The translations under genes were made by a program, and so were the position numbers. This document shows positions 1 to 9,991 of a stretch of DNA of 64,000 bases, in pieces. This stretch comes from an uncultured Clostridia bacterium (GTDB taxonomy: Bacteria; Bacillota; Clostridia; TANB77; CAG-508): positions 196-64,195 of the forward strand of contig CANRBL010000003.1 of NCBI GenBank assembly GCA_947628835.1, read 5' to 3'. The notes below the pieces were generated by a model that saw only the letters and a list, made by a program, of their open reading frames with translations, did not search any database and was not told the DNA's origin. The stretch's first letter is position 1. Every line of letters begins with the position of its first letter.

Positions 1-48
1 TTAGTGAATTATAAAAAAGTATTAGTAGAAAAAGAGGTTATATATAAT

Positions 49-1173
49 ATGGGGTTAATGGATGCAATAAAAGGACAATTTATAGATGTAATCGAATTGG
101 TAGATGATGATGGGCAATCAGTAGTAAGAAAATTTGATAGAAAATATATAAATAATAACGAAATAAAAACTGGTGCTAAAGTAATTGTTAGGCCTAGTCA
201 AGCTGCTGTGTTCTATAAAGGGGGGCAATTTGCAGATATTTTCACGGAAGGAACATATAAGTTATCAACAAATAACTTACCAATTTTATCTACACTAATG
301 GCATTGCCATATTTATTTAATTCTCCTATTAAAGCAGACTTATATTTTATTAGTTTGAAACAGTTTGTTAATAATAAATGGTATACAAAAAATCCTCTAA
401 TAATTAGAGATAAAGAATTTAAAGTTGTTAGAATAAAATCATTTGGTACATTTGCATTTAAAATTGATGATATAGAGAAATTTATAAGAGAAGTATTAGG
501 AACTCAAAAAAAATTTTTGCAAGATGATATAAATGATTATTTAAGTTCGTTTTTAGTTGAAGCATTTAGTGTAATACTTGGAGAAATAAATGTTCCTATA
601 ATAGATTTAGCAATGCAGTATAATAAACTTTCTAATCTTATACAATTAAAAGCAAATATAAAAGCTAAAGAGATAGGAATAAAATTTAGTAATGTTAATA
701 TAGAAAATATTTCATTGCCAGAAAATGTTGAAAAATTAATTGATGAACAATCAGGAATTGGAATGGCGAGTCAAGATATGGAAGGCTTTATTCAATATCA
801 ATCAGCTAGAGCAATTAGAGATGCTGCTAAACAACCAGGAGGAGTTGCAGGATTAGGAGCAAGTGTTGCAGTTGGAAAACAAATAGCAAAAACAATGGTA
901 ATAGATGGAAAAGAGAATTCTAGTAAGATAAAAGTTCGATGTTTAAAATGTGGAGCTTTAAACGAAGAAAAAGTAAAATTTTGTTCTGAATGTGGAGAGC
1001 CATTATTAATAGAAAAGAAAGAAGAAAATAAAAATTTTGAAAATCTAGAGATGGAAAAGGCCACTGATAATGACGTTATATATACAAAATTAAGAGAGTA
1101 TAAAAAACTATTAGACGAAGGAGCACTAACAGAAGAAGAGTATAATGAAATAAAAAAACAATTATTAAGTTAG
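49..1173 (+). CDS. SPFH/band-7-like protein (YdjI / 'virion core protein-like' type) with C-terminal zinc ribbon and SHOCT motif
   Basis: ORF 4..1173. Internal ATG at 49 follows AAGAGG. The N-terminus MGLMDAIKGQFIDVIE is typical of the family. VRCLKCG...FCSECG is a CxxC-CxxC ribbon. The C-terminal YKKLLDEGALTEEEYNEIKKQLL is SHOCT-like. Confidence 0.6.
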   Translation: MGLMDAIKGQFIDVIELVDDDGQSVVRKFDRKYINNNEIKTGAKVIVRPSQAAVFYKGGQFADIFTEGTYKLSTNNLPILSTLMALPYLFNSPIKADLYFISLKQFVNNKWYTKNPLIIRDKEFKVVRIKSFGTFAFKIDDIEKFIREVLGTQKKFLQDDINDYLSSFLVEAFSVILGEINVPIIDLAMQYNKLSNLIQLKANIKAKEIGIKFSNVNIENISLPENVEKLIDEQSGIGMASQDMEGFIQYQSARAIRDAAKQPGGVAGLGASVAVGKQIAKTMVIDGKENSSKIKVRCLKCGALNEEKVKFCSECGEPLLIEKKEENKNFENLEMEKATDNDVIYTKLREYKKLLDEGALTEEEYNEIKKQLLS

Positions 1174-1182
1174 GAGTAAAAA

Positions 1183-1854
1183 ATGGATAAATTAGAAGAA
1201 ATAAAAAAATTAAAGCAATTATTAGACGAAGGAATAATTGATGAAAATGACTTTCAAAGAAAAAAAACTCAAATATTAGGTTTATCCGAAAAAGAAGCAG
1301 GTAAAGTTGAAATAAAAAATGAAAATAATGAAAGTAAGACATTGGATGATTATGAAAAAGAATTATTAGAACAATCCAAAATACAATCTGAAGAATTAGA
1401 AACAAAATTAGATGATGATTATTATCAGCAAGAAAAAATTAAAGCTAGAGCACAGTTAGATGCACAAGAAGAGATTCGTCAAAAAAGAAAAAAAGAACGA
1501 AAAGTAATTGTAGATAAAGGAATAAGCAAAACAAAAAGATTATTAAAATGGATTTTTGCAGGATTTTTATGGATATTTGGTATAAGTGCAATTTGTATAG
1601 CAAAGGAAAGTGGAATAGTATATATTCCACTAGGAATTTTAACGATTATTTTAGGATGTATGGCATGTCCAAAAATTACAGATAAAACACAGAAATATCA
1701 AGCATATACAATGCATAAAACAATTATTATTTGGATTATTGTTATTATTTGGTGTGTTCTTTGTATGGTTGGTGGAAGTGAAGTGTATACAAAAACAAAT
1801 GAAGATAATTCGAATAAGGTAAATACTAATAATGAAACTACAATAAAAGAATAA
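1183..1854 (+). CDS. SHOCT-domain membrane protein
   Basis: N-terminal IKKLKQLLDEGIIDENDFQRKKTQILG is a SHOCT motif. It is followed by a charged linker and 3 hydrophobic helices (WIFAGFLWIFGISAICI, IPLGILTIILGCMAC, IIIWIIVIIWCVLCMVGG). It lies 9 nt downstream of the previous gene. Confidence 0.5.
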   Translation: MDKLEEIKKLKQLLDEGIIDENDFQRKKTQILGLSEKEAGKVEIKNENNESKTLDDYEKELLEQSKIQSEELETKLDDDYYQQEKIKARAQLDAQEEIRQKRKKERKVIVDKGISKTKRLLKWIFAGFLWIFGISAICIAKESGIVYIPLGILTIILGCMACPKITDKTQKYQAYTMHKTIIIWIIVIIWCVLCMVGGSEVYTKTNEDNSNKVNTNNETTIKE

Positions 1855-2073
1855 AAATTTTGAGTATTAAAACATATATAATAAACATAGAAAGTAAGTA
1901 GCCACAGACAATGTGTGTTAACCAAAATATTCACGAAACACAGCAAGTTATATAGCAGGATAGGTAAAGCAAAGAAAAAGGGTAAAGAAACTATTAATGA
2001 ATTAGAAGAAATAATACAGTGTTTATTAAATGATAAGTTATAAATTATTAATAAAAACAAAGGAATAAATTAT

Positions 2074-5000
2074 ATGCAATCTAAAATTATAGAAAGAATA
2101 TTAACTGAAAATACAGAAATATTACAAGAAATAATTAATATAGTACAAGATAATGATGTCTTTAATAATATAATGAGTGATGTAAAGGAGCAGTACTTTA
2201 TTGATGATGCAATTCATGGAGTATCTCATAATGAAAGAGTGGCTTTACTTGCTTGTTACATTGGAATAAAAGAAGATCTTAATAATGAAGAATTAAGGCT
2301 TATATTAGAGGCTGCTAAATATCATGATATAGGAAGAGGATTTGAGGGAAATCATGGTCAAGTTAGCACGTTACTAATAGATAGAAATAGAGATTATATT
2401 TTTCCAAATTTAAATGATGATGAAATAAATATAATAAAAGCATTGTGCCATGGACATAGTGTGGATGATAAAAAATATGAGGAAATTGCTAGATTATATG
2501 GAATTGAAAATTTTGAACAATTTAAAAAATTACTTAATATTGTAAAAGATGCAGATGCATTAGATAGAGTAAGATTACCTAAATTTGGACAACTTGATGA
2601 AAAATATTTGAGGACTGAAATATCAAAAGAAATGATTGATTCATCTAAAGAACTATATAGAAAATACAGAGAAATACAACAAGAATTAGAAAACGACAAT
2701 TCAGGAGAAAATATAGAAATAAGTAACTATGAATTTAATGAAGGATTAAGAAGAGGACTTTTATTTGATGGAGAAAATTATTATTTAATTCGTTCATTAA
2801 ATAAAGGTGATATTGAAAATTTAAATAATGGAAGTGGAGTAATACCAAAGATTGAAAGTGCGGATGAACATACAATACAAGACGTTATGGCACAAATAAG
2901 AATGCAACATAGAAAAACAAGTTTAATTTCTATGTCTGAAGACCCTAGCATTGTACTTACTTATGATAGGACAAAGTTACATATATATGCATTAATAAGA
3001 TTATCAAAAGATGAAATAAAAAATCATCAGAAAGTATTTTCAGCAGGAGAATACTTATTAGGTGTAATGGATAATAAAATAGAAAATGCTACAAAAAGTG
3101 CTCCTGAAAACATAAGAAACATATTAGAAAGAGTTGATAGTGCTAGTTCAATTGATGAAATTGTAAAAATAATTAATGGTGCAGATAGACAAGTTCCGAC
3201 AAGCTTAATTGAAGCAGAACAACAATATTTAACTACTGAAGAACAATTGGAACAAAGTAAAAAAATAGCAAAATGTAAAGTTTTAAATTATTATGGATTA
3301 ATGAGAAACATAACTGATGATGAAAAAGGAAAAGCAATAGATATAAGTAGCTTTACACAAATTATGAGAAATGGATATTCATCTTCAGAATGGTTGTATT
3401 CGGGAAAAATAGATCAAGAAAAAATTATAAATATTCCACAAATATTAGTAGATAGTTTAGCATTAATAAAACAAGCAGAATTTCAAGGTAAAGACAGAGA
3501 AATATTAAAAAGAGTTGAACAGGAAATTTTAAGACTAGCAACATCGAGAAGAGAGTTAAATCAAGATAATTATCAATTAGAATATACTTCACATGAAAAT
3601 CTGAAAAGTGATTTGACAATAGATAAGTCTTATGAAATTACAAATGGGCAAATAAGTTATAGAGATACAAATATGCAAATGACAGCAATAAGGTCACTTA
3701 CAGAAATGACTTTAAATAAAAGAAAAATAATAAAATTATTACAAGAAAGATTTCCTAATATAGATATAAATGAATTGTTATCTGATACATATTGCGTAAA
3801 TCAAGAAATGGTAACAAGGCAAAATAATAGAGGTAGTCAAATTGGTAAAAATATTAGTTTATTAATATCTGATTATGGTTATGATTTTGATGATAAAACT
3901 TCAGAACAAATATTACAAAATGTTGAAAGTTTAAGTGATGAACAGCTAGTAAATATTATAGAGCAAGGAGTAAATGCACAAGAAATTAGTGATTTGTTAA
4001 TAAAAACAAGGCAAAATGATGAAAGAATACAAATAAATAGAAGAAAAAGATTAGAATCAAAATATATTACAGAGGCAATAGTTGAAGGATATAATTGGAA
4101 ACAAACTGGAAATTCATTAACAAAACAAGAAAAAATAATGGTTGCAAATACATTACTGAAAAGTGTAATATCTAATAATGAACTTTATAAGTTATATGAA
4201 GCTATAAATAAAATTCAAATAGGAAGAAATAAATTTACTCAGAATGAAATATTTGCAATTATGATTAACATTGCAATAGATAATAAAATAGGAGATATAT
4301 CATATAGTGATTTATTAAAAAAAGATAGAAGAGAAATACAACATATCTTATTAGAAAATAAAGAAAATTTACAAACATTAGTGTTACCAGTATCAGTAGA
4401 TTTGTTAGTAGGTAGAGGAAGCGAAATTAACAAGTTAAAAAAAGAATTTATAGATTTAGGAATAGATAGAAATTTTATTGAAAAAAAAGATATAAAAAAT
4501 TTATATATGGCAAAACAAATTGTAAATGAATATAATTTTGAAAGAATACTAAATAGTAATGAAAAAAAAGCATTATTGATATCTATATTAGATAATTATC
4601 GATTAAACTCAAATAGTTTTGGATATTTAGCAACATTAGTACAAAATATGAAACAGATAGGATTAGATTACCAAGAAATATATGGTATGATTATTAATCT
4701 TGGAATAAAAGGAAAAGCATTAGAAGAAAATGGATATGGATATAGTGAATTACTGTTAAATAAATCTAAGTTGTCTCAACAAATATCACAAAGTAAAGAT
4801 AAAATTCAAACTAAGGTATCTGAATGTGCTATAGATACAGCAGTAGCAAATACTTTAGGTCAGAGAGAGCAAGAACTTTTAAAAAATGAATTAATAGATA
4901 TAGGAATAGATGACAATTTTATTGAAATTAAAGATATAAGAAATATTTATATTGCAAAACAAATAGTAGAAAAATATAATTTTAGAAATAAAATAACTCA

Positions 5001-5115
5001 AGATGAAAAAAAAGCATTAATTGTATCTATATTATCTAATAATAAATTAAATGCTAATAAGTATCAGCTTACAACATTAATACAAAATATGGAACAAATA
5101 GGATTAAATACATAA
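2074..5115 (+). CDS. Large HD-domain protein (N-terminal HD phosphohydrolase, unknown middle, tandem C-terminal modules)
   Basis: 1013-aa ORF with AAAGGA upstream. HD signature: HGVSHNERV ... AAKYHDIGR ... CHGHS ... KDADALDRVR. It ends at a TAA that interrupts a duplicated module (see findings). Confidence 0.6.
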   Translation: MQSKIIERILTENTEILQEIINIVQDNDVFNNIMSDVKEQYFIDDAIHGVSHNERVALLACYIGIKEDLNNEELRLILEAAKYHDIGRGFEGNHGQVSTLLIDRNRDYIFPNLNDDEINIIKALCHGHSVDDKKYEEIARLYGIENFEQFKKLLNIVKDADALDRVRLPKFGQLDEKYLRTEISKEMIDSSKELYRKYREIQQELENDNSGENIEISNYEFNEGLRRGLLFDGENYYLIRSLNKGDIENLNNGSGVIPKIESADEHTIQDVMAQIRMQHRKTSLISMSEDPSIVLTYDRTKLHIYALIRLSKDEIKNHQKVFSAGEYLLGVMDNKIENATKSAPENIRNILERVDSASSIDEIVKIINGADRQVPTSLIEAEQQYLTTEEQLEQSKKIAKCKVLNYYGLMRNITDDEKGKAIDISSFTQIMRNGYSSSEWLYSGKIDQEKIINIPQILVDSLALIKQAEFQGKDREILKRVEQEILRLATSRRELNQDNYQLEYTSHENLKSDLTIDKSYEITNGQISYRDTNMQMTAIRSLTEMTLNKRKIIKLLQERFPNIDINELLSDTYCVNQEMVTRQNNRGSQIGKNISLLISDYGYDFDDKTSEQILQNVESLSDEQLVNIIEQGVNAQEISDLLIKTRQNDERIQINRRKRLESKYITEAIVEGYNWKQTGNSLTKQEKIMVANTLLKSVISNNELYKLYEAINKIQIGRNKFTQNEIFAIMINIAIDNKIGDISYSDLLKKDRREIQHILLENKENLQTLVLPVSVDLLVGRGSEINKLKKEFIDLGIDRNFIEKKDIKNLYMAKQIVNEYNFERILNSNEKKALLISILDNYRLNSNSFGYLATLVQNMKQIGLDYQEIYGMIINLGIKGKALEENGYGYSELLLNKSKLSQQISQSKDKIQTKVSECAIDTAVANTLGQREQELLKNELIDIGIDDNFIEIKDIRNIYIAKQIVEKYNFRNKITQDEKKALIVSILSNNKLNANKYQLTTLIQNMEQIGLNT

Positions 5116-5127
5116 GAAATATATGGT

Positions 5128-5460
5128 ATGATTATTAATCTTGGAGTGAATGGAAATGTATTAGATGGAACAGAATATCATTACAGTTATTTACTTGCTA
5201 ATCCATATGTAGCTAAAACAATAATACAATATAAGGATGCAATTCAAACTAAAATAACAAAAGAAACACTACAAAAGGCAGTAAGAAAAATAAAAAATAG
5301 GAAAATAAAAGTACAAGATATTGCTAAATCTACTATTGAGTTGATAACTCAAGGTAGTGGTGGAAGTGAGCTATGTGATTTAGTTCAAGCAGATTATCAA
5401 AGATTGCTAGATGAAAAAATAAAGAAAAAAGAAGGAAGTGAGCAAGGTGATACAAACTAA
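5128..5460 (+). pseudogene. In-frame continuation of the HD-protein gene after a premature TAA (C-terminal remnant)
   Basis: Same frame as 2074..5115. EIYGMIINLGVNGN... aligns with EIYGMIINLGIKGK... of the preceding module. It may instead be expressed separately from ATG 5128. Confidence 0.5.
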
Positions 5461-5896
5461 ATATACAAACGCATATACAGAAGTATATAAGATATTAAGT
5501 TGTTTAAATGAAGAAGAATATTCAAAAATTCCAGAAGAATTAATAGAAGTATTTGAAGAAAATAGAAATTTAGACTACGAATATGAAATAAAGGAAGAAC
5601 AAGATTTAATGAAACAACCAATGCTAAGAGAAACTAAAGCAATTTTACTTAACATATATAGAGATTACCTTGCGACACCTGAGCAAAGCAAAAAAATAAA
5701 AATGTGGTTACAATCAGATAGAGAGTATTTAGAAAAGCAAAAACGAGAAAAATATAATACTAATATTTTTGAAAATAAATTAAATAACAATGAAGATAGT
5801 GCAGACAATTTTAATACTAACTTACCTGAAACAATAAAAAAAACATCAATTCTTCAGAAAATTATTAATAAAATAAAAAAGATTTTTAAAATATGA
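5438..5896 (+). CDS. Hypothetical acidic protein (152 aa)
   Basis: ORF overlapping the upstream ORF end by 23 nt. GTG start after AAGAAGGAAG. No recognisable motif. Confidence 0.45.
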   Translation: MSKVIQTKYTNAYTEVYKILSCLNEEEYSKIPEELIEVFEENRNLDYEYEIKEEQDLMKQPMLRETKAILLNIYRDYLATPEQSKKIKMWLQSDREYLEKQKREKYNTNIFENKLNNNEDSADNFNTNLPETIKKTSILQKIINKIKKIFKI

Positions 5897-5908
5897 GAGG
5901 TATATTTA

Positions 5909-6238
5909 ATGGATAATGAAAATAAAGAATTTACAAGATTGAAAGAATGGCAAAACTTAATGCAAGAATATGATGATTTCTTTTATGCAGATGGTGGAAT
6001 TTATACAGCTTCATTGATAGATAAAGAACTAAAAATATACAAGCTAGATTTTGATAGAATTAAAATTTTAATTCAAAAACTAAAAGACTTTGAAAAGAAA
6101 TATGGAGAATTATATAGAGATGAAAAAGAGAATCTCTTAAAAAGAAAAGATATATTGCTAGATTTAAAAACACAAACCAATGGAATAGATGGGATTTATA
6201 GAAAGATGAGTAACATGTATGAATTTATAGATGATTAA
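5909..6238 (+). CDS. Hypothetical protein (109 aa)
   Basis: ORF with GAGAGG-like SD 12 nt downstream of the previous stop. No recognisable motif. Confidence 0.45.
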   Translation: MDNENKEFTRLKEWQNLMQEYDDFFYADGGIYTASLIDKELKIYKLDFDRIKILIQKLKDFEKKYGELYRDEKENLLKRKDILLDLKTQTNGIDGIYRKMSNMYEFIDD

Positions 6239-6363
6239 AAAAAATAATTATCTCCTGCAAAACATAAAAATTTATGTTAAATAAAAAAATAATTATATTA
6301 TAGAAGAACTTGAAGATATAATTGTTTCTTTTATATTAAATTATTTAGTTTCACAACACAAAG

Positions 6364-6407
6364 TGAAATAAAATATATAATTTTTCAAAATTATATATTT
6401 TATTTCA
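6364..6407. terminator. Bidirectional AT-rich hairpin between convergent genes
   Basis: TGAAATAAAATATATAATTTT / AAAATTATATATTTTATTTCA form a perfect 21-bp inverted repeat with a 2-nt loop, flanked by A/T runs. Confidence 0.5.
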
Positions 6408-6485
6408 AAAGAAGTCATACTGACATTTACTAATATATAAAAAGATAAAAAATATTTAATGTAAATAAATATTTAATTAAACATT

Positions 6486-7163
6486 TTATTTAGATGGCAT
6501 CATACTAATAACTCTACCAGCCAAATCATTGAAATTCATAGTTTGTAAAATAATCTTTCCAGGTCCAGTAAGTTTAGTTAAAAATAAACCTTCACCGCCA
6601 AAGAAAATATTTTTAAAACCTTTAATAGTTTCAATTTCATAAGTGACTTTTTTTTCAAAAGCTACAACATTACCAGTATCAACTAAAATAGTTTCTCCAT
6701 CTGCAAGTTCTCTAATAACTTCATCTCCATCAATTTCTAGAAATACATTTCCAGAGCCAGTCATTTCTTGTAAAATAAAGCCTTCACCACCAAATAATCC
6801 AGTAGAAAGTTTCTTAGTAAAAGCAACTTTTAGAGTAACACTATTTTCTGCGCATAAAAAAGCACCTTTTTGAGCAATAATACCAGAACTATTTGTTAAA
6901 TCGTAAGGAATTATATTACCAGGAACAGTTGAAGAAAAGGCAATATTTTGATTATCCTTTTCTGCTGTATATGTATTCATAAATAAGGAATCGCCAGAAA
7001 ACATTCTGCCAATACCTTTCATTAATCCGCCTCTTGTATTTGTTTCCATTTTTATATCTTTACTTCTCCAAGCCATAGCTCCAGATTGAGTATAAATACT
7101 GTCATTTTTATTTAAATTAAACTCAACTGCAGGAACTGTACTTCCAACTATTTTAAAATCCAT
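6486..7163 (-). CDS. TIGR00266 / AIM24 (DUF124) family protein
   Basis: 225-aa ORF. MDFKIVGSTVPAVEFNL...SGAMAW...GEGLFLTKLTGPGKIILQT is characteristic of the family. AGGAGG SD upstream on the minus strand. Confidence 0.75.
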   Translation of the reverse strand: MDFKIVGSTVPAVEFNLNKNDSIYTQSGAMAWRSKDIKMETNTRGGLMKGIGRMFSGDSLFMNTYTAEKDNQNIAFSSTVPGNIIPYDLTNSSGIIAQKGAFLCAENSVTLKVAFTKKLSTGLFGGEGFILQEMTGSGNVFLEIDGDEVIRELADGETILVDTGNVVAFEKKVTYEIETIKGFKNIFFGGEGLFLTKLTGPGKIILQTMNFNDLAGRVISMMPSK

Positions 7164-7309
7164 AAAAAAATCCTCCTTTAATTAATATATTAGATTATAT
7201 TTTAAATGTCGAACAATGTCAAGTGCAGGTAAATTTCTAGAAAAAGTCAGATAAAAACATAATGAATATACAAAAAATTTAGAAAATAAGCAAAAACCCC
7301 TTGTCAAAA

Positions 7310-7564
7310 GTTACAAGTTAATGGTTTTAAAAGGATAAATTTCTAAAAGCATTGAAATATAAGATTTTCATTACATTCCTCGGCTCATTACAAAGCTTAA
7401 GAAATTCTAACTTATTTTATGGCACCCTTTCACTCAACGCGAACTATTTCCATAAAATTGCGTAGAATTTCTAAAGCTTTTCCAATCACATTCGTCATTC
7501 CATTTAAATTCTTATATTTTTATGCTTTTAAAACTATTTTTATATAAAACCATTAACTTGTAAC
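7310..7564 (-). mobile_element. MITE-like 255-bp palindromic interspersed element, copy 1 (inverted relative to copy at 29861)
   Basis: Terminal inverted repeats GTTACAAGTTAATGGTTTTA / TAAAACCATTAACTTGTAAC. Near-identical over its whole length to the reverse complement of 29861..30115. Flanked on both sides by CAAAA. Confidence 0.75.
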
Positions 7565-7667
7565 CAAAATAGTAAAAAAACAATCATATATCTAGAAAAG
7601 CATAATATTTTATGATATAATATTAAACGATATTGTAATTACCAATAGTTGTTTAGGAGTGAAAGTA

Positions 7668-9416
7668 ATGAAGAAAAATAAAAAATTTATAACCTTTGTA
7701 TTTTCTTTATATCAACCAGTAAAATTTTTAACACTAGTTATGGTATTTAGTATGATACTATCGCAAATTTTTGATTTAATAAAGCAATATATAATAAAGG
7801 GAATTATAGATTTACCTAGTAATCCAAATTTTCAAATAACAGATTTATATAAAGTTGTTGGATTATTATTAGTTGTTATTATAATAGAATTAATATTTTA
7901 TTATATTTCTAACATCACTAGGACGATTCACATGGTTAAAAAGCAAACACCATACATATCTGAAAAATTATTTAATAATTTAGATAAAAAAGGATATCCA
8001 TTTTTTGTAGATAACTTTAGTGGAAAAATATCTTCTTCTATTAATGAAGTAAATAATGAAATAATAGACTTAAATACTAGGATTACAACTGGTTTTATAT
8101 CTTTATTAACTTCTATGATTAGTAGCTTAATAATTCTGTATACTATAGATTTTAAAATTTTTATAACTGCACTTATTTTATTTGGCGGAATTATAGTTAC
8201 TAGATTAATATATTTTTCTAAAAGATATTTACCGCTTGTTCAAAAGGCACAAGAAACTAACAGAGAATATAATGGAATATTAAATGATGCAGTTTTAAAT
8301 TTTACTTCATTAAAAGTATATAGTGCTGTAGAAGATTTTTCTAAAACTTTAAAGACTACAAAAGAAAATGCAAATTTTTATAAAAATAAGGCATCTTCTA
8401 GAGAATTCACTTATGGAGCCATTGCTAATGTTATATACATAATTACTTTTGCAGTTTTACTATCATATTCTATTAATTTATTTGAAAATAATTTAATGAC
8501 ATTAGGAAATTTTATATTTTTTATAAATGCTATGATTTCATTAAAATCATCAACAACTAGTTTTACTTGGTCTTACATACGTATTGGAGAAATATTTGTA
8601 AAACTCAAAAATTGTTATGAATTATTATATAATGAAACAAATTCAAATGATGATAATAAAAATAGTATAGTAATTAATAATGGAACAATAAAATTTGATG
8701 ATGTAACTTTCAAATATACTAAAAATTATGTTTTTAAAAACTTTAATTTAGAAGTAAAAGAAAAACAAAAAGTTGGTATCATTGGTGTTAGTGGTAGTGG
8801 TAAAACTACATTGGTGAATTTACTTTTTAAATTCTATTCTCCTAAAAATGGTAAAATTTTAATTGATGGAAAAAATATTAATGATTATAGTACTAAATCT
8901 CTATATGAAAATTTAACTTATGTACCTCAAGAAACAATACTATTACATTCTACTATATATGAAAATATTAAAATTGCTAAACCAACTGCAAGTTATGAAG
9001 AAATTATAAATGCAGCTAAAAAGGCAGAGTTACATAATTTTATTGAAGGCCTTGATGATAAATATAATACTATTGTAGGAGAAAGAGGAATTAAGCTATC
9101 CGGTGGGCAACGTCAAAGAATTGCTTTAGCTAGAATTTTTCTAAGAGATTCCAAAATTGTTATATTCGATGAAGCAACAAGTAGTTTAGATAATAATACG
9201 GAATTTAAAATTCAACAGAATATTCATAAATATTTTAATAATCAAACGATAATATGTATTGCTCATAGATTATCTACACTTAAAGATATGGATTATATTA
9301 TTGTTATTGATAATGGTACTATTATTGATACGGGAACTCCGAAGGCAATTATTCCCAAATATGATAAAGTTGATTTTTTAAATTCAGAAAGTGAGGATAA
9401 AAATGTGTATTGTTAA
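7668..9416 (+). CDS. ABC transporter, fused permease/ATP-binding protein (MsbA/exporter type)
   Basis: N-terminal TM domain. Walker A GVSGSGKTT, signature LSGGQRQR, Walker B IVIFDEATS. ATG 7668 follows AGGAG. Confidence 0.85.
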   Translation: MKKNKKFITFVFSLYQPVKFLTLVMVFSMILSQIFDLIKQYIIKGIIDLPSNPNFQITDLYKVVGLLLVVIIIELIFYYISNITRTIHMVKKQTPYISEKLFNNLDKKGYPFFVDNFSGKISSSINEVNNEIIDLNTRITTGFISLLTSMISSLIILYTIDFKIFITALILFGGIIVTRLIYFSKRYLPLVQKAQETNREYNGILNDAVLNFTSLKVYSAVEDFSKTLKTTKENANFYKNKASSREFTYGAIANVIYIITFAVLLSYSINLFENNLMTLGNFIFFINAMISLKSSTTSFTWSYIRIGEIFVKLKNCYELLYNETNSNDDNKNSIVINNGTIKFDDVTFKYTKNYVFKNFNLEVKEKQKVGIIGVSGSGKTTLVNLLFKFYSPKNGKILIDGKNINDYSTKSLYENLTYVPQETILLHSTIYENIKIAKPTASYEEIINAAKKAELHNFIEGLDDKYNTIVGERGIKLSGGQRQRIALARIFLRDSKIVIFDEATSSLDNNTEFKIQQNIHKYFNNQTIICIAHRLSTLKDMDYIIVIDNGTIIDTGTPKAIIPKYDKVDFLNSESEDKNVYC

Positions 9417-9945
9417 GGAAATTGAATATTTTGATGTTTTAGATGAAAATGGTAATAAAACTGGAGAAATAAAAACAAAAGAACAAATAATTAAAGATAG
9501 AAATTTTTATAGAATAGTCAATTTATGGATTATAAATCCTAAAACGAAATATATTCTTATTCAAAAAAGATCAAGTACTAAAGATATTGATCCTAATAAA
9601 TGGGATTTAACTGCTGGTGGTCATGTGGATGCAGGAGAAACTAGTTTAGAAGCAATAATTAGAGAGACTAAAGAGGAATTAGGAATTGATATAAGTAACG
9701 ATAATATTATAAAAGCTTTCGAGGTAAAACATGATAAAGAAAAAAGAAATTTTGTTGACATTTATCTTTTAGAGAAAGAAGTGGATATTAAAGAAATTGT
9801 CTTACAAACTAGCGAGGTATCCGATATAAAATATTTTTCTATTAATAAATTAATGGATGCTCATAATTCTAAAGATCCTAATTTTGTTAATCATTCGTTT
9901 TTTCCTGATTTACTAAAATACATTAAAAAAATTTATGACATTTAA
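9403..9945 (+). CDS. NUDIX hydrolase
   Basis: Nudix box GGHVDAGETSLEAIIRETKEELGI. ATG 9403 after GAGGA, overlapping the ABC gene end. Confidence 0.7.
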   Translation: MCIVKEIEYFDVLDENGNKTGEIKTKEQIIKDRNFYRIVNLWIINPKTKYILIQKRSSTKDIDPNKWDLTAGGHVDAGETSLEAIIRETKEELGIDISNDNIIKAFEVKHDKEKRNFVDIYLLEKEVDIKEIVLQTSEVSDIKYFSINKLMDAHNSKDPNFVNHSFFPDLLKYIKKIYDI

Positions 9946-9991
9946 AAGAAATAAAAAGGAACAGTAGATTAAAATAAAGAGGGGGAGAATA

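Noticed and set aside
7207-7213. Single TGTCGAA Spo0A-box heptamers at 7207-7213 and 28766-28772
   Set aside because: From rough base composition I estimate that a 7-mer of this makeup should occur several times by chance in 64 kb on two strands. Only the inverted pair upstream of spoIIAA has supporting biological context.
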